Source: Candidatus Saccharimonadales bacterium (lineage in GTDB: Bacteria > Patescibacteriota > Saccharimonadia > Saccharimonadales > Saccharimonadaceae). From it: 64,000 nt of DNA. The notes beneath the pieces were generated by a model, which saw nothing but the letters and a program-made list of their open reading frames with translations, searched no databases and was not told the origin of the DNA. Both the position numbers and the translations under genes were made by a program. Location of the stretch: the NCBI GenBank assembly GCA_035704495.1, contig DASSWW010000038.1:24389-88388 (forward strand), read 5' to 3'. Shown piece after piece: positions 17,341 through 25,914 of this stretch (the first letter of the stretch is position 1; every line of letters starts with the position of its first letter).

Positions 17341-20007
17341 TTAATCGTCATCATCGTCGTTGTTGCCAGAATTGTCAGCTTTAAATGTCGCTGATTGACT
17401 CTTTGTCGCCGTGTAGTAGACGGAGTCGGTTACAGTGACGGTAATCGTTTGGGTCTCATCGCCGTTTGGCGAGTAGTTTGTTCTATAGGTGTTGCCACTA
17501 CCTGGAAGGGTAGCGATAATCGTGCCTCCAACCCTAATTTCTACTTCCCTGATTGCGTGTTCACCCTGTGCGACGCTTACTTCGATGTCGCCGTCATTAC
17601 TTGCGCTAATCGTACCAACGGATGGTTTGCTGTCGTCGCAGTTATGGACGTCATCGTCCTCGGTGGCGTCATAGCCTTCTGTTGTGATGTAGCCTACACG
17701 CTTTGTAATTGGATCGGTGAATTTGACGACAAATATTTCAATACGAGCACCATCAGGCGTACAGTCCGTGGCTTTCTTTTTTGATACCTTATCAAAGACC
17801 AGTTTAGCGTTGGTTTGGCCTTGGTTCTTGCTGTACCACGAAGGATATAGCTCGCCGTTAATCACCTGAATACCTTCGGGTCGGTCGTACCAATTTCCGC
17901 CATTTTCAGGACTCCACTTGTCTTCAGCTGCGTAGACTTCTTTGTGGGCGTATTCCATGACTTCACCGATAATTTTGGCTGGTAAGGATGAGTTACCATT
18001 TGTCAGTACGCGTGTATCAGGGTTGCCAAACCAGACACCCATTGTTAGTGCCGGACTATAGCTCATCGTCCAAATGTCTTTTGGCTTGCCACCTTTGTCT
18101 GATGTGCCGGTCTTTGCAGCCGTTTTAACACCAGGAATATACAGTCCATAGAACTGACTACCGTACAGACCAGCACGGGCGCTATCGTCGCTTAGGATAT
18201 CAGCAAGAATATAGGCAACTTGTGGGTCGATAACTTGCTTACTTTCGTCTTTGTATTTTTTAATTACTTCGCCTTGGCTATTTTTTACTTCGAGTATAGT
18301 GCTGACGGGTTTATATACGCCCATGCGTGCTAGCGAGGCAAATGCATTGACATGCTCGACTTGACGGGTTCCACACCCACCAATAGCTGCGGAAAGCCCG
18401 GCCTGAGCATCGGCTCCCTGAGTACAGTAGTTAATGTCACCCAGCGCACGAATCGTTTCTAGAGTTGGTTTAATGCCGGCAATATGCATCGCTTTGACGG
18501 CAGGGATATTGCGAGACAGTGCCAACGATTTACGTATATCAATCGCGCCCATGTATCGGCCATCGGCATTTTTTAATTCTGCACCGTAAATTTCATCCAT
18601 AGAACTGTCATCCGCGAGGATAGAACCACTACCGTAGTTTGCTTTGCCCTTGCCTTGGTTAGAGAAAAGTTCAGCGTAGACTAACGGTTTGATTGTGGAC
18701 CCTGGTTGGATATATGCCATTGCGGCGTTGTCTTGGCCAAATCCAGGGTAGTTAAAGTCACGGCTACCCATCATGGCAACGATCTGTCCTGTTTTGGTGT
18801 CTTCGACGGTGGCGGCACCATTTGTGAAGCCAGCAAAATCAGGTACGGATGAGTTAAACATATCATCCATCGACTGCTTCAATCGTTCTTGAATACGAAT
18901 ATCCAGCGTGGTTTTGACGGTCAGGCCACCGCGGCCAACCGTCGCTTTGCCAAGTTCGCGTTCTAACTGCGCACGTACCATTTGTACGAAGTGGGGTGCT
19001 TTTATATTTTTGTAGGGATTGGAAGCAGGTAGAATACTGTCGAGGATTGGATATTCCTTGGCTTCTTCGGCCTCTGTTTTCGTAATATAATCTTGTGCCG
19101 CCATGCTATTTAACACTTTGTGCTGGCGCGAAATGAGTGCTTCGTGGCCAGCAATGTTATATGGATCATATAGACCAGGTTGGTTTGGGATAGCTGCAAG
19201 TAGTGCCGCTTGTGGAAGCGTCAAGTCTTTTGCGGGTATACCAAAGTATGTCTGTGCGGCTGACTCAGCCCCGTTGCGTCGCCCACCGTAGGGTGACTCG
19301 TTGAGATATAAAGCAAGAATGCTTTCCTTGTCATACATGCGCTCTACTTCAACTGACAAAATCATTTCTTTTATCTTGCGGGGAATGCCGCCAATGCCAC
19401 GTTTGTGTGCTTGCTCGGCGAAAAAGACTTGTTTGACCAGCTGTTGCGTCAAGGTCGATCCGCCCTGAACACTGCCACCCTGGGCATTATTAATAAGCGA
19501 TCGCATAATACCACTGACGCTAATGCCACCGTGATCATAAAAATCTTGATCTTCGATTGCGATTGTCGCTTCTTTCAGATAAGGGCTGATATCTTCGCTG
19601 TCGACAACTAATTTATAGTTGCCGTTGCCTTTATCTTCCCACAACAAAACCCCGTTACGGTCAACGTACCTTGTGACGGTTGTCTGAACCCGTTTGTTGA
19701 TTTCGCCAGGTCGGATAGAGTCGAGGTCTTTGCGGTAATAGGCAAACAATGCGCCGACGCTGAGTACCATCATTAAAATACCGACGCCAGTGACTTTTAG
19801 CGCCATGATACCACCACGTTTACTAAACCAGTAACCAAAGAAGTTTCTTGGTTGTACACGGTGCAAAAATCGTTTGACGGGGTGTTTTGGCAAGCTCGCT
19901 AAGTACTCGGCCTTTTTACGCGCCTCGGCATCCTTCCGCGTCCTTCGCTTGCGCGTCAGATTAGAATACACGTTCATATTACGCGATTTGTTCGGTTTCT
20001 TAGCCAC
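17341..20007 (-). CDS. Class A penicillin-binding protein (transglycosylase/transpeptidase, PBP1A-like) with an extra C-terminal domain and a poly-Asp tail
   Basis: GT51 motifs (IEDQDFYDHGGIS, GGSTLTQQLVK), transpeptidase PGSTIKP (SxxK) and KTGTS. About 170 extra C-terminal residues end in NNDDDDD. Confidence 0.92.
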   Translation of the reverse strand: MAKKPNKSRNMNVYSNLTRKRRTRKDAEARKKAEYLASLPKHPVKRFLHRVQPRNFFGYWFSKRGGIMALKVTGVGILMMVLSVGALFAYYRKDLDSIRPGEINKRVQTTVTRYVDRNGVLLWEDKGNGNYKLVVDSEDISPYLKEATIAIEDQDFYDHGGISVSGIMRSLINNAQGGSVQGGSTLTQQLVKQVFFAEQAHKRGIGGIPRKIKEMILSVEVERMYDKESILALYLNESPYGGRRNGAESAAQTYFGIPAKDLTLPQAALLAAIPNQPGLYDPYNIAGHEALISRQHKVLNSMAAQDYITKTEAEEAKEYPILDSILPASNPYKNIKAPHFVQMVRAQLERELGKATVGRGGLTVKTTLDIRIQERLKQSMDDMFNSSVPDFAGFTNGAATVEDTKTGQIVAMMGSRDFNYPGFGQDNAAMAYIQPGSTIKPLVYAELFSNQGKGKANYGSGSILADDSSMDEIYGAELKNADGRYMGAIDIRKSLALSRNIPAVKAMHIAGIKPTLETIRALGDINYCTQGADAQAGLSAAIGGCGTRQVEHVNAFASLARMGVYKPVSTILEVKNSQGEVIKKYKDESKQVIDPQVAYILADILSDDSARAGLYGSQFYGLYIPGVKTAAKTGTSDKGGKPKDIWTMSYSPALTMGVWFGNPDTRVLTNGNSSLPAKIIGEVMEYAHKEVYAAEDKWSPENGGNWYDRPEGIQVINGELYPSWYSKNQGQTNAKLVFDKVSKKKATDCTPDGARIEIFVVKFTDPITKRVGYITTEGYDATEDDDVHNCDDSKPSVGTISASNDGDIEVSVAQGEHAIREVEIRVGGTIIATLPGSGNTYRTNYSPNGDETQTITVTVTDSVYYTATKSQSATFKADNSGNNDDDDD

Positions 20008-20117
20008 GTTGTATCTTTCCCCTAAGCATTACTAGTTCCCATTATAACATTGTTTTCGGTCAGACTAACAGGTTTTTCTGCTATACTTACTAATGAAATA
20101 ACAGATAAGGAGCAGAA

Positions 20118-21338
20118 ATGAAGCTATCAGAAGAACTGCAATGGCGTGGTTTTTATAATCAAACGACATTTGATTCACCAACTAATTTGGATGAGCAGCA
20201 GTACACTCTTTATCTAGGAACAGACCCTTCGGCTGACAGTTTGCATGTTGGTCACTTGGCTGTTTATATGATGGTGCGCCGTTTTTTGGACCACGGACAC
20301 AAGGTAGTGCTGTTGGTCGGTGGTGGCACTGGGATTGTCGGTGATCCAGGCGGACGCGACGATGAACGGCAGATACTGTCGTTAGAAAAAATTGCCGAAA
20401 ACAAAGCCGCACTGGGGCAACAGGTTGCTGGGCTCTTTAGCGGTAAAGATTTTGAACTGGTCGATAATTACGATTGGCTAAAAGACGTCAGTATTCTAGA
20501 ATTTTTACGCGACGTCGGCAAACATTTTGGCATGAGTCAGTTAGTCCAGCGTGATTACATCGCCAAACGTATCGGTGAGGGTGGTAGTGGTATTAGCTAT
20601 GCAGAATTTAGCTATACATTATTACAGGGTTATGATTACTGGCACCTGCATAACAATCATGGAGTTAATCTACAAATTGGTGGTAGCGACCAATGGGGTA
20701 ATATTTTATCGGGCGTTGAGTTGATACGTAAAAAAGAGGGTGACATCGTACATGCGATGACCGCCCCGCTGGTAATTAACAAAGCGACTGGAAAAAAATT
20801 TGGCAAGTCAGAGGGCGGCGCAGTCTGGCTTGACCCATCAAAAACTAGTATTTATAAATTTTATCAATTTTGGCTGAATGCTGATGATGAGGGTGCGGTT
20901 GAATATCTGAAACTGTTTACATTACTCGGTAAAGACGATATCGACACCATCACCGAAAATCATGCCGCTAATCCTGGCGCGCGTATTGCGCAAAAGACTT
21001 TGGCGCGAGAGTTAACTGATTTGGTACACGGCAAAGAACGCCGCGAATCTGTCGAACGCGTCACCGAAGTGTTATTCGGCTCACGTCAATTCAGCGACCT
21101 TAGCCAGGCTGATCTAGACGCATTAGCTGAAGAGATTCCAGTAGTAAATACTGGTAAAACGATCGTCGAAAGTTTAGTCGAAGCACAGCTAGCCAGCAGC
21201 AACGGCGAGGCGCGCCGGTTAATTGTTGGCGGAGCAATTTCGGTTAATGGTCAAAAGGTCGTCGACGACCGACAACTAGTTGAGGTATCGCTACTAAAAA
21301 AGGGAAAGAACAGCTTCGCACTCGTTCGCACTTCATAA
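20118..21338 (+). CDS. tyrS: Tyrosine--tRNA ligase
   Basis: HIGH-type HVGHL, KMSKS-type KFGKS, and a C-terminal S4 domain. AAGGAG RBS. Confidence 0.95.
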   Translation: MKLSEELQWRGFYNQTTFDSPTNLDEQQYTLYLGTDPSADSLHVGHLAVYMMVRRFLDHGHKVVLLVGGGTGIVGDPGGRDDERQILSLEKIAENKAALGQQVAGLFSGKDFELVDNYDWLKDVSILEFLRDVGKHFGMSQLVQRDYIAKRIGEGGSGISYAEFSYTLLQGYDYWHLHNNHGVNLQIGGSDQWGNILSGVELIRKKEGDIVHAMTAPLVINKATGKKFGKSEGGAVWLDPSKTSIYKFYQFWLNADDEGAVEYLKLFTLLGKDDIDTITENHAANPGARIAQKTLARELTDLVHGKERRESVERVTEVLFGSRQFSDLSQADLDALAEEIPVVNTGKTIVESLVEAQLASSNGEARRLIVGGAISVNGQKVVDDRQLVEVSLLKKGKNSFALVRTS

Positions 21339-21387
21339 TCAGCCGTCGTAACATTACTTGCGTTGATACGACTGCTACAATAAACAT

Positions 21388-23421
21388 ATGAATTTAGTGA
21401 CATCGCTGGAAAAAGTAAAAGGGGTTGGGGTGAAGACTGCCGAGCAATTTGCTGCGGCTGGTTTGTATACGGTTGGCGATTTAATTCATTTTTTGCCGAG
21501 GACTCATGAAGATTTTTCCGAAGTTGTTAATATTGCCGATATTCATCCGGGTAAAACGACGATTAAAGCTCGCTGCGAAAAGATCGCCACGCGTCCAGTG
21601 CGACGCGGTTTGCGTATTACAACGGCAACGTTGGTTGATGATAGCGGCAAACTGCAAGCCGTCTGGTTTAATCAGCCGTATCGCACAACACAACTTGCCA
21701 AAGCGGACGACGAATTTTATTTTTCGGGGGAATTTGAATTTAACTATAATAAATATCAATTGACTAACCCCAGTGCCGAAAAAGTGAGTGATATGCCTGT
21801 CCAAACTGATCGGTTGCTGCCAGTTTATCGCTCGATCAAAGGTTTAAAAAGCCAACTAGTTCGCAAAATTTTAGCCGAATTACGGCCACTGATGACGATG
21901 CTGCCCGAAACCTTGCCGCCAGAGATTGTGGCCAGCGAAAGGTTACTATCGCGTGCCGATGCGATGCTAGGCGTGCATTTTCCAAAAACCAGTGCGGATA
22001 TTCAACAGGCGCGCGAACGATTGGCGTTTGAAGAATTATTTCAACTATTACTTGCCAGTCAGTTAAACCGACAGGATAACGCCAAACTTACCGGCTGGCA
22101 TATTCCATTTGATCAATCTGTCGTAAAAGATTTTGTAAAGCAATTACCATTCGATTTGACTGGGGCACAGCGACGCGCCGCTTGGGAAGTTATTCAGGAT
22201 TTTGAACGACAAGCCCCGATGAACCGCCTGTTGCAGGGTGATGTTGGGTCGGGTAAAACGGTCGTTGCGGGGTTGGCAGCCCGCCAAGCGGCAGCAGCCG
22301 GCTTTCAAACAGCATTAATGGCGCCGACCGAAATACTTGCGTCGCAGCACGCCGAAACGCTGAGCGAATTATTGCAGCCATTTGGTGTGACTGTCGGATT
22401 ATTGACCGGCGGTGTTAAAGGCGCTGCCCGAAAAACGCTATACGAACAAATTGCAGCCGGTAGTGTCGATGTAGTGGTCGGTACTCACGCACTTATCCAA
22501 GAAACCGTTCAATTTCATAAATTAGGTTTTGTGGTGATTGACGAACAACATCGTTTTGGCGTCAAACAGCGTCAGGAATTACTCAAAAAGTCTCAGCACA
22601 TGCCTCATTTACTAGCGATGACGGCTACACCTATTCCGCGTAGTTTGGCGCTGACTGTTTACGGCGAATTAGACGTTAGTATTATTAATGAGCTGCCAAA
22701 GGGTCGTAAACCGATAGAAACAAAAATCTGGTCACCAAATAGTCAGGCGCAGTTATACCAACAGTTTGATGCGCAGATTGCAGTCGGCCGCCAAGGCTAC
22801 ATTATCTGTAGTTTGATTGATGATAATCCAGATAACGAAATAAAAAGCGTTCAGGCTGAATATGTGAAATTGCAAAATTCTATTTTTAAACACCGCAAAA
22901 TCGGGTTACTACACGGTAAATTAAAGTCCGATGAAAAAGAAGCGGTGATGCAACAATTTACTGATGGCAAACTGGATATTTTAGTCAGCACCACCGTCGT
23001 CGAGGTGGGCGTAGATGTACCAAACGCGACCGTCATGATTATCGAAAACGCCGATCGATTCGGTTTAAGTCAGTTGCACCAGCTACGCGGTCGCGTGGGG
23101 CGGTCATCACACCAAAGCTATTGTTATTTGGTCATGAGTGACAGCAGTAAACCATCGCAACGACTAAAAGAAATCGAAAAGTCAAACGATGGGTTTTATT
23201 TGGCCGAAGTTGATTTAAAATTACGTGGTCCTGGCGAAATTTATGGTCGGTCGCAACATGGCGCACTTAACCTGCAGATCGCCTCGTTATCAGACACAAA
23301 ATTGATTGCTCGGGTACAAAAACAAGCCAAGTGGTTCGCGACGTCCAGCGGTAATCTGTTACAATATAAGCAATTAGCCGCGCAAGTCGAACAATATCAG
23401 CGGCTGACAACGTTAAATTAA
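21388..23421 (+). CDS. recG: ATP-dependent DNA helicase RecG
   Basis: OB wedge domain, helicase motif I GDVGSGKT, motif II DEQHRFG, and QLHQLRGRVGR. Confidence 0.95.
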   Translation: MNLVTSLEKVKGVGVKTAEQFAAAGLYTVGDLIHFLPRTHEDFSEVVNIADIHPGKTTIKARCEKIATRPVRRGLRITTATLVDDSGKLQAVWFNQPYRTTQLAKADDEFYFSGEFEFNYNKYQLTNPSAEKVSDMPVQTDRLLPVYRSIKGLKSQLVRKILAELRPLMTMLPETLPPEIVASERLLSRADAMLGVHFPKTSADIQQARERLAFEELFQLLLASQLNRQDNAKLTGWHIPFDQSVVKDFVKQLPFDLTGAQRRAAWEVIQDFERQAPMNRLLQGDVGSGKTVVAGLAARQAAAAGFQTALMAPTEILASQHAETLSELLQPFGVTVGLLTGGVKGAARKTLYEQIAAGSVDVVVGTHALIQETVQFHKLGFVVIDEQHRFGVKQRQELLKKSQHMPHLLAMTATPIPRSLALTVYGELDVSIINELPKGRKPIETKIWSPNSQAQLYQQFDAQIAVGRQGYIICSLIDDNPDNEIKSVQAEYVKLQNSIFKHRKIGLLHGKLKSDEKEAVMQQFTDGKLDILVSTTVVEVGVDVPNATVMIIENADRFGLSQLHQLRGRVGRSSHQSYCYLVMSDSSKPSQRLKEIEKSNDGFYLAEVDLKLRGPGEIYGRSQHGALNLQIASLSDTKLIARVQKQAKWFATSSGNLLQYKQLAAQVEQYQRLTTLN

Positions 23422-23519
23422 TTAAAACAAGGGAAAGTGCAGCCCATCTGGCGAATTTATTTCGACACCGGGCGCGATGAAAAACCGCTAGGTTTTTCTC
23501 GTAAAGCAGAGCCATAAAT

Positions 23520-24332
23520 ATGTATTCTGGAACAACATTTCGTACCAAATCGGGACGTGTGATGGGCGTGCACCAAAAAATTGACCGTGTTGCGCACCGT
23601 CATATTAAAGCGCATGTTCCGAAATCGCTCCATTTTCCGACGACACACGATGTGCTCCATTTCGAAGGCCTGAATGGTCCAGATGGCATAAAACGTAAAA
23701 GCCCGGCTAAGGACGAGCCGTGGCACTACATTGACCCTAATAACACTCACGACCGGGCGCTCATAGGTATGATTAATGACCATATTCATAACATGTCGCA
23801 AGCACTGGCGCAGGGTAATAATGAACGTGCAGCGTTCGAGGCCGCCTGGATGGCTCATGCGATTACTGACGGTCTGACTCCAGCCCATCACTATCCTTTG
23901 GAGGCAAAATTAGAAGAACTACGAGGTGGGGCAAGTATCGAAACGCGCATTACAACCAAGGACAAATTAGTGCTTCCTGGTACAAATCGCCGTCATCAAA
24001 TAAAAAATAACTGGGAGTATTGGGGTGTCAAGGGAGTGATGACGACACACTTAGGGTTTGAACTAGGTGTCGCATCAACAATTGCGGGGCTAAAGTTTGA
24101 ACAAACAACACCTCTGGCAAAAGATTTTGCTCGTGTTCGACGCGATGGGTACGAAACGGTTTTTGATAGTATTCTTCAGAAAGTTGCTGAAATGAAAATG
24201 TACGAAGAGTTTAGCAGGCTAGGGTGGACCAGGCACCTGGCAAATCAGACGAAAAGGGCGCTTGTTCCCGAAATTATCAAAGCCGTCACACTAGCCTGGT
24301 ATCAAGCAGTTATTCTGGCGGAGAAAAAGTAG
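23520..24332 (+). CDS. Hypothetical His-rich protein, possibly zinc-dependent phospholipase C / S1-P1 nuclease-like fold
   Basis: 270 aa. GVHQKIDRVAHRHI, WHYIDP and AWMAHAITDGLTPAHH resemble metal-ligand motifs of that superfamily. The assignment is weak. Confidence 0.55.
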   Translation: MYSGTTFRTKSGRVMGVHQKIDRVAHRHIKAHVPKSLHFPTTHDVLHFEGLNGPDGIKRKSPAKDEPWHYIDPNNTHDRALIGMINDHIHNMSQALAQGNNERAAFEAAWMAHAITDGLTPAHHYPLEAKLEELRGGASIETRITTKDKLVLPGTNRRHQIKNNWEYWGVKGVMTTHLGFELGVASTIAGLKFEQTTPLAKDFARVRRDGYETVFDSILQKVAEMKMYEEFSRLGWTRHLANQTKRALVPEIIKAVTLAWYQAVILAEKK

Positions 24333-24875
24333 ATGAACATCCGGATTATCGGCGGGTACTATGGTGGCCAGCAAATTGCTGCGCCAAAAAACCGTCGGAC
24401 TCATCCGATGAGTGAGCGTATTCGTAATGCGCTATTTAATAGCTTGGCAAGCGAAATAACTGATGCCGAGGTATTAGACGTGTTTGCGGGTACAGGGGCA
24501 ATTGGTTTAGAAGCACTTAGTCGTGGGGCAAAATCAGTCACGTTTGTTGATCGCGACCGTACGGCACAGCGCTATCTGACACGCAACGTCGCATCTATTG
24601 GTGTACAGGAGCAATCAACGATTATTCGCACAACTGTTTCAAGTTGGCTTGGTACTAAAAATCCAAAATTATTCGACATTATTTTCGCCGATCCACCCTA
24701 CTACGACGTGCAGTTTTCCACAGTTGAGCGTATTTTCGACCTATTAAAGCCGGGCGGTCTTATGGTATTATCACATCCAGGTAGGGGTGAGGTACCAACC
24801 AAAACCGGAGTTGTTGTGGTGGACAATCGTAGTTATGGAAATGCATACCTCACCTTTTACCGCCGAGATGCCTAA
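24333..24875 (+). CDS. rsmD: 16S rRNA (guanine966-N2)-methyltransferase RsmD
   Basis: RPT/HPMSERIRNALFN, SAM-binding DVFAGTGAIGLEALSRGA, and the catalytic FADPPY. Confidence 0.9.
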   Translation: MNIRIIGGYYGGQQIAAPKNRRTHPMSERIRNALFNSLASEITDAEVLDVFAGTGAIGLEALSRGAKSVTFVDRDRTAQRYLTRNVASIGVQEQSTIIRTTVSSWLGTKNPKLFDIIFADPPYYDVQFSTVERIFDLLKPGGLMVLSHPGRGEVPTKTGVVVVDNRSYGNAYLTFYRRDA

Positions 24876-24917
24876 AAAGGTGTCTTTTTTATTTTGCGGT
24901 TATGCTAAAGTCAGATT

Positions 24918-25220
24918 ATGACTAAATTAAAAAATAAATCACGACGATTCAATAAACCAAGCGCGACATCTGTTATTGCAGTGGCGGCATTCTTTTTAGC
25001 GCTTATCGCGCTTGGAAACGTATGGCAAATGCAGTACACGTTATCACTTTGGTCGAATTTGGACATGCAACAAAGTATCAATGATAATCGATGGCAGGCC
25101 CGTTACGAGTTTTGCTTCAATAACGGTATTCGGCCATGTGACGATGTATCTATTCGGGAATTTAATAACCAACCAGAAAACAAAGAGTCAGACAACACAT
25201 TTAATTTATTTACCGAATAA
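24918..25220 (+). CDS. Hypothetical membrane-anchored protein
   Basis: 100 aa with a basic N-terminus followed by one TM helix. Confidence 0.55.
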   Translation: MTKLKNKSRRFNKPSATSVIAVAAFFLALIALGNVWQMQYTLSLWSNLDMQQSINDNRWQARYEFCFNNGIRPCDDVSIREFNNQPENKESDNTFNLFTE

Positions 25221-25228
25221 AAAAGCAG

Positions 25229-25252
25229 CTCCCCGGCATTGCTGTCGGGGAG
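25229..25252 (-). terminator. Rho-independent terminator read on the minus strand
   Basis: On the minus strand, ctccccg-acagcaatgc-cggggag is followed by ctgcTTTTTTatt. No T-tract follows on the plus strand. Confidence 0.6.
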
Positions 25253-25281
25253 TGCGATCATAACGTAGGACTGTTATAGAT

Positions 25282-25410
25282 TTATAGTAACAGGGAATGG
25301 GAATGAATGCAAGGGAGTGGATTGTCAAAATTGTGCTGCATTACACAAGAGAGAACTTGGTTACGTTCCTCTGGCCAACGAAATTTCACGATTGGCAAAC
25401 CAGTTGCCAT
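25282..25410 (-). CDS. Candidate 42-aa small protein (MATGLPIVKFRWPEERNQVLSCVMQHNFDNPLPCIHSHSLLL), or part of an sRNA
   Basis: On the minus strand there is an extended -10 TGaTAGAAT (25474-25482), GAGGGA 9 nt before the ATG, and a downstream terminator at 25229-25252. It is below the ORF-track length cutoff. Confidence 0.3.
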   Translation of the reverse strand: MATGLPIVKFRWPEERNQVLSCVMQHNFDNPLPCIHSHSLLL

Positions 25411-25495
25411 CGGAAAGTTTCCCTCAAACTGCCACTGGCAGTTTTCGCCTCCACGCCCAGGGTGAAAGTTAAAATTCTATCACGATACCAAATTG

Positions 25496-25521
25496 AAAAG
25501 CAGGCCAGCCGACCTGCTTTT
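25496..25521. terminator. Hairpin terminator just 3' of tRNA-Leu(UAG)
   Basis: aaaagcagg-ccagccga-cctgctttt. Confidence 0.65.
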
Positions 25522-25526
25522 CAATT

Positions 25527-25611
25527 TGGTACGCGAGAGAGGACTTGAACCTCCACGCCCGAAGGCACTAGCTCCTAAGGCTAGCGTGTCTACCAATTCC
25601 ACCACTCGCGC
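25527..25611 (-). tRNA. tRNA-Leu (anticodon UAG), CCA encoded
   Basis: The reverse complement, GCGCGAGTGGTGGAATTGGTAGACACGCTAGCCTTAGGAGCTAGTGCCTTCGGGCGTGGAGGTTCAAGTCCTCTCTCGCGTACCA, folds as a cloverleaf with a long variable arm. The anticodon loop is CTTAGGA. Confidence 0.9.
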
Positions 25612-25710
25612 ATAACTTTTTAGTGCACTGTATTGCGTAGATCTATTGTTGTTTTAGAAGTCTACACGCTGCGTGTCTACTATTAATTTGCGTTTCACGC
25701 AGCCACCAAA
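25612..25710 (-). repeat. Conserved tRNA-Leu upstream leader block, copy A
   Basis: Read on the minus strand: tggctgcgtgaaacgcaaattaatagtagacacgca...ttctaa...atacagtgcactaa. This aligns with copy B upstream of the second tRNA-Leu. Confidence 0.7.
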
Positions 25711-25914
25711 AATGGTTGCTTATGATGCGTCTACATTATTAGTAGGTTACCACTTGTACTTATCTATATAGATACCCAGTAACTATAGCAAAATACGGGA
25801 TAAAAATAAAGCTTTGTGGGTATTTTTTATTGTTGGTCACCTCTAGGGGTTGACTATTTCGCTCACATCCCGTCATGCTTGTGCTATCATAGAACAAATG
25901 ACAGAGGGAGACTT

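Noticed and set aside
20008-20117. A possible T-box leader upstream of tyrS (and likewise upstream of hisS at 30155-30221).
   Set aside because: The intergenic regions are only about 110 and 67 nt long. They contain no T-box consensus (AAnnnGGGTGGnACCGCG) and no terminator/antiterminator pair.
25253-25492. RNase P RNA, SRP (4.5S) RNA, tmRNA or 6S RNA in the structured gap.
   Set aside because: None of the diagnostic motifs is present (GGAAAGTCCGGGC for RNase P, GGAAGCAGCC-type domain IV for SRP, or a tRNA-like GGGG...TCCACCA end for tmRNA). The length also does not fit RNase P or tmRNA.
25297-25548. An 83-aa plus-strand ORF in the gap next to tRNA-Leu(UAG).
   Set aside because: It runs through a terminator hairpin and 22 nt into the tRNA gene on the opposite strand. 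The signals on the minus strand (extended -10, SD, terminator) are more coherent. It is treated as spurious.
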